64,000 bases of DNA from Squalus acanthias (taxonomy: Eukaryota). The position numbers and the translations under genes were made by a program. The notes under the pieces were generated by a model, which did no database searches, was not told the origin of the DNA, and worked only from the letters and a program-made list of their open reading frames with translations. The stretch spans positions 146,880,001 through 146,944,000 of the forward strand of contig CM059432.1 of NCBI GenBank assembly GCA_030390025.1, in the 5' to 3' direction. Shown here one piece after another: positions 58,495-64,000 of the stretch. Within the stretch, counting starts at the first letter, position 1, and each line of letters starts with the position of its first letter.

Positions 58495-61241
58495 GGCTGT
58501 GAAATTGGGAGGAAGTTCAGGCCAGCTTGGCTGAAAAAATGGCGGGCGACTTGTTTCCACCCACTTCCGGCGCAGAACGCGACGGTCGCCATTTTGGGCA
58601 GGTCGGCAGCGCTGCCTTTGCCTGCGCTTGCTGCCTTCATTTAAATGATGCAGATCGTGATGTCAATCAGCATGTAACGCCTGAATTGATGCACGATCTG
58701 TGATTTTGGACCTCGCTGCTCTTGATACCGCCCTCTCCAAACCACGCACAGAAGAACGTGCGTGCAGCAGTACAACGGAGACGCTGCCAGCACTTATTAA
58801 AGGGACACACACATCTTTCAGATAAGTTTAGATTTTTACCTTTGGAATTTTTTTACATTTTATTGGAGTAGTGGCTTGGTGCAATACATTTAAAAAGTTG
58901 GTAGAGTGCAGGGTGTGCTGCTGGATGTTTGCATGGCTTTGGCTGTTAAAGGAAGGCCTCTGCGAACACCACTTGCTCCCACAGTCCTGGGGGCTCTAGT
59001 TGCAGTCCCCTTGAGCTGCAACATCACATGGAGATGAAGCAGAGGCAGCAAAGGGGACAAACTGCTCACAGAGGGAAGAGGAAGAAGCAGAAGAGGAAGA
59101 AACGGAAGAGGAGGGGGGTGATTTTGTGAATGGGGGCGCGTTGGAGGCGGGACTGCTGCTTGTTGGATCGATGTCCTGCCTCCATCGAATTGTGGCCAAC
59201 CCACGATATTTTCCCTTGATTGACCTTGTTAAGCCCGCCCAGCGGGCTCAGCAGGCCAATTAAGAGAAAGCCGGTTGCAGAGCACGTCAACGTCTGACGT
59301 GTCATCTGTCAAAAATTTTTGACAGATGAATTGTCATCGTTTGACAGCTCTGTGAAGCTGTCAAACACTGACATTCTCTGCAGTTTGATGAGATCTTGCA
59401 TACAAGACCTCATCAACCTTCTTTCTTTTACAGAAATGAGATGGTTGTTGCATATGAGAATGCAATGGCCATCTGTCATCTGCAACACGGAGGTCCGAGA
59501 CTCTCCGCATACAAACCGACTGAAGCCTGCAGGAAGAAACAAAGGTAAGTACACTTTTACTAACGCTTTGCACTTACCTCAGATACTCACTTCTACACTC
59601 TTGCACCCATCACTTACCTTCACACCACACTTTTGCACCCCCCCGACCCCCACAGACCAAGTATTCGCCTCGCTGAGCTGACGTGTTTTGGAGCCTTCGG
59701 GAAGCCCGCAGTTGTGAGGGCAAAAAGGGGGTAAACCTATTTTCTACCTGTTAACGACCTGTTAACAGGCAGTTAATAGGTTTTAATTCCTTCCCGCCTC
59801 CAAGGAGACGGGACCCGGCGCGGGACGGCTACCCTCCTCCTGGGAAGATGGCTTGGGGGCGGGTTGGGCACCCGCCCCCAAATTCTGCCATTTTTTCAGC
59901 AGTCCCGCCTCCATACCCGCCTCCCCAGGGCTGGCAAGATCGCCCCCAAGGAAGTGGAAGGAAGGAGGCAACCCAGACAGTCCCTTTCTGGCTGGGATAT
60001 CCAGGATGGAATCATCCGCCTGAGGTACCAGTGACCACAACCTCTATTCCCCTTTCAAGGTTTGTCCCACACCTTACCTTGCCTCTGTTACTGACCATCA
60101 AGCGTTCTTTTGGCCACAATGCCAAAATAAAAGCCAACACAAAGCAAACTTTCAAATCCAACTTTATCTATATATCAATCCAATATTATATCAAAAATCA
60201 ACTAATCACACTTGAACATTCACTTAGTGGGCGTCTTGCGTGTGCCTTTGCCTATCCTAGTGCTCTTTTGCAGTGCTACCCCAGTGGCTGCAGCATGGCT
60301 GGTGGAAGGCTGCTGACTTTCAGTGGGGGACACTGAAGATGGCCTTGCAGGAGGATCTTGAGGAGCTGGTGGCTGGGAGTGTGAAATCGAGTGACGTTTC
60401 TTCTTCTTCTTCTTCACTCACCTCTCCCTCTTCTTGATCACCAACTGGCTGGGCAGGGTGGCTGAAATGAGGAAGGCACAAGCGTAGGGTTGTGGTGAGG
60501 GGAGTAGGGTAAGGCAAGAGGTGCATGCTTACACCATGTGCAGTTTGTAAATCAGAAGATATTGTGGGATGAGAGGGAAGTGGGCTGTGAGAAGGAGGAT
60601 AACGTATGAAGATACCAGCATCTTTTATCTTTTCAGCCCCGCCGCAGGCCAAGACTTTTGAAGATGCATTTAGTGACCTCTTGACCACTTGTCTGAGGTC
60701 ATGAAACTTCTTTGGGCACTGGAGCCAGGTCCTAGAGGTGACACTGTTGGCACTGATGGCCTCGGTGATCTGGTCCAACATCCTTCTTTCTGGAGGGCTT
60801 CCTGGCCCCCTGTGGGTAGAGGACCTCTCTTCCAGTGTTGACGCCCTGCACAAAGCTGGAGAGCTGCTTCCGAGACCCTGGGTGTCTTTACCCTGGCCTG
60901 TTGAGTCATTTGTGTTAGTGCTGAAGCATTTTTTATGTGCAGGAGGCAGTTCAACTTTAAGAGCTTGCAGACTGCCTAGTTCTGAAGGATTTTTTATTTA
61001 TTTTGCAGAAGGCAGTTTAACTTTAAGGGCTAGAGACTGCTTTGAAAATGAGCAGGCCAACTTTAAGTAAAGCCAGCGATGCAAACTTGGGCCCCCTGCT
61101 GAGCGCGCAGCATGTTAGTCGCGAGGCTGTGCTCTACAATCATGATAATTAGCAGGTAGCATCAAATTAACGTGCTGCCTGTGCTTTCTGAACGGCTGCG
61201 GTGCCCATGACCTTTTTCGGGTCTTATCGAAGTTCACCTCC
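58495..61241. mobile_element. Internally deleted Harbinger inserted in a minus-strand CR1 fragment
   Basis: TIRs GGCTGTGAAATTGG / CGAAGTTCACCTCC, flanks TAA/TCA; Myb exon TWLQCPKKFHDL at about 60675-60910. Confidence 0.75.
59114..59947. mobile_element. MITE family C, complete, nested in a Harbinger
   Basis: TIRs GGGGGTGATTTTG..TGGAGGCGGGACTGCT / AGCAGTCCCGCCTCCA..CAAGATCGCCCCC. Confidence 0.8.
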
Positions 61242-61315
61242 TCAGAGTTTGCCCACAACTGATGATAGACCAGTTGGTCTATAGTTACTTGATTTATCTA
61301 TCTCTCCCTTCTTCA

Positions 61316-62615
61316 ATGGATTAATCAAGGATATTCAGCACGGATTTGTTAAGGGAAGGTCGTGTCTGACAAACTTGATTGAATTTTTTGAGGAGCTAAC
61401 AAGGAGGGTAGATGAGGGTAGTGTATTTGATGTAGTGTATATGGACTTTAGCAAGGCTTTTAATAAGGTTCCACATGGCAGACTGGTCACGAAGTTAAAA
61501 GCCCATGGGATCCAGGGCAAAGTGTCAAGTTGGATTCAAAACTGGATCGGCGACGGGAAGCAGAGGGTAATGGTTAATGGGTGTTTTTGTGACTGGAAGG
61601 CTGTTTCCAGTGGGGTTCCGCAGGGCTCGGTACTAGGTCCCTTGCTTTTTGTGATATATATCAATGATCGAGACTTGAATAAAGGGGGTATGATTAAGAA
61701 GTTTGCAGATGATACTAAAATCGGCTGTGTGGTTGATACTGAAGAAGGAAGCTTTAGACTGCAGGAAGATATCAATAAATTGGTCAGGTGGGCAGAACAG
61801 TGGCAAATGGAATTCAATCCGGAGAAGTGTGAGGTAATGCATTTGGGGAGGGCTAACAAGGAAAGGGAATACACATTAAATGGTGGGACACTGAGTAGTG
61901 TAGAGGAACAAAGGGACCTTGGAGTGCATGTCCACAGATTCCTGAAGGTAGCAGGCCAGGTAGATAAGAAGGTTAAGAAGGCATACGGAATGCTTGCCTT
62001 TATTAGCCGTGGCATAGAATACAAGGGTTATGCTTCAACTGTATAAAACACTAGTTAGGCCTCAGCTAGAGTACTGCGTGCAGTTCTGGTCACCACATTA
62101 CAGGAAAGATGTGATTGCACTGGAGAGGGTACAGAGGAGATTTACAAGGATGTTGCCAGGAGTAGATAATCTTAGCTATGAGGAAAGACTGGATAGGCTG
62201 GGTCTGTTTTCCTTGGAACAGAGGAGGCTGAGGGGAGACCTTATTGAGGTGTATAAAATTATGAGGGGCAGAGATAAAGTGGATAGAAAGGACCTATTTC
62301 CCTTAGCAGAGGGGTCAAAAACTAGGGGGCACAGATTTAAAGTAATTGGTGGAAGGTTTAGAGGGGATTTGAGGGGAAATTTCTTCACCCAGAGGGTTGT
62401 GGGGGTCTGGAACTCACTGCCTGAAAGGGTGGTAGAGGCAGGAATCCTGACCACATTTAAAAAGTACTTGGATGGGCACTTGGGATGCTCTAACCTGCAG
62501 GGCTACGGACCAAGAGCTGGGAAGTGGGATTAGACTGGATAGCTCTTTGTTGGCCGGCGCGGACACGATGGGCCGAAATGGCCTCCTTCCGTGCTGTAAC
62601 TTTCTATGATTCTAC
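61316..62615 (+). mobile_element. CR1 RT and 3' end
   Basis: ORFs 61375..62046 and 62030..62533 ([23 protein letters not shown]). Confidence 0.93.
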
Positions 62616-62654
62616 AGGGCAGCCCTGCAGTCCCCCGGCACAATTTACTTATCT

Positions 62655-62785
62655 AACCCGAGGTATTACAGGATATGGGGCAAAGCCAGGTATATGGAGT
62701 TAGGTCACAGATCAGCCATGATCTCACTGATTGGCGGAACAGGCTCAAGAGGCTAAATGACCTACTCCTGTTCCTATGTTCCGTT
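62655..62785 (+). mobile_element. CR1 3' UTR fragment
   Basis: Nearly matches 58250-58370. Confidence 0.8.
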
Positions 62786-63049
62786 AAGGAGATTGACAAA
62801 TTGTGGTCAATGACTCTGCTATCTCTTCTTTGACTTCCTTCAACAGCCATAGTGCGTGCCATCAGGACCCAATGATTCCTTTTCTACAGTTACCTCTAGC
62901 AATTGTTCCATACTGTCCTCCAGCATGCCTGCATGCTCACTTCCATTGTCACTTGTAAAAAGTGACAAAACATATTTATTTAATATCACCATCATACCTC
63001 CATCCTCCACAGAGCTATACACTCTGAGCTGGTAGAAAGTAATAAATGG

Positions 63050-63720
63050 AGTGGCTTTCTAAACACAGTGGCGAGAGGAATTTGGTGAGAGTGGGAATTA
63101 GGTGCGGAAGGGGAAGGACGTGCTAAGTAGTTTAAACCAAAGAGCAACAGTAAATAAGTAAATAATTACACTGGAGGAATTATAAAACGTGACGTCATAA
63201 TCAACACACAGAGAGGAGCGTCAGAACCCGAAGAAATGAAGATAAGTATTTTGTTCAGTATCTAGATATCCCTTTGTGTGTTTAGCATCTTTAGCGGTCA
63301 GTGTTAAGCTTGAGTTAGTAAGGATTTAATATTAGTGCAAGTAAGTGTAAGACAAAGGAAAGCAAGCTAAGTGATTAAATACTAACTGCATTTAAAGATG
63401 CTAATAACTGATAAATAGTTAAGTAATTAATCATCGTAACTCATTACTAATTTATTTAAAATCAAGCTAAATCCACCAATTTAATAAAACTAGACCTCAA
63501 GTGACCAACTAGTTCCAGAAATAAACTACCGATAAATTAATCAATGATGACATGGCAGTGCGGGCAGTGTGTCAGGATTGTAGTATTTGGGAGTTTGTGG
63601 ACAACGATACCATCCCAGACTGTCACATCTGCCTCAAGACACTCCGACTCATAGTCATTGAATTGGAGTCCGAGCTACAGACACTCCAACACATCTGGGA
63701 GGAGGAGGAATTACTGTTCA
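63050..63720 (+). mobile_element. Probable CR1 5' UTR and ORF1 N-terminal zinc finger
   Basis: From about 63552, MAVRAVCQDCSIWEFVDNDTIPDCHIC (CxxC...CxxC). Confidence 0.6.
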
Positions 63721-63724
63721 ATTT

Positions 63725-64000
63725 ATAAGAACATAAGAAATAGGAGCAGGAGTAGGCCACTCGGTCCTTCGAGCCTGCTCCGCCATTCAATGAGATCATG
63801 GCTGATCTTCTGCCTCAACTCCATTCACCGGCCCTATCGCCATATCCCTTGATGCCTTTACTAGTCAGAAATCTATCGACTTCTGTTTTGAATATACCCA
63901 ATGACTGAGCCTCCACAGCCCTCTGGGGTAGAGAATTCCAAAGATTCACCACCTTCTGTGTGAAGAAATTTCTTCTCATCTCAGTCCTGAATGGCCTACC
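63725..64000 (-). mobile_element. CR1 3' end, runs off the window
   Basis: ACATAAGA tail repeats; reverse complement encodes MRRNFFTQKVVNLWNSLP. Confidence 0.9.

Overview
Eukaryotic, almost certainly vertebrate, DNA; the repeat repertoire (many CR1 LINEs, Deu-domain tRNA SINEs, Penelope and Harbinger elements) suggests a cartilaginous fish, which is inference. I found no convincing host protein-coding exon. The window is a nested graveyard of transposable elements: >20 CR1 fragments (two long, reaching into the esterase ORF1), L2, RTE and single-ORF CR1-group LINE pieces, several SINE types, four decayed PIF/Harbinger elements (HARBI1-type transposase and/or Myb/SANT gene), about a dozen GG(G)C-terminated MITEs and a 1.1 kb minisatellite. 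The highlight is a young Penelope-like retroelement (21792-25026) with an uninterrupted RT + GIY-YIG frame, an inverted copy of its own 3' end and a 12-bp target-site duplication (TSD). It carries minimal hammerhead-ribozyme motifs, and three tiny non-coding relatives (10773, 14187, 17611) carry the same motif with compensatory stem changes and their own TSDs. Family names come from recalled motifs, not database searches, and the boundaries of old fragments are approximate.
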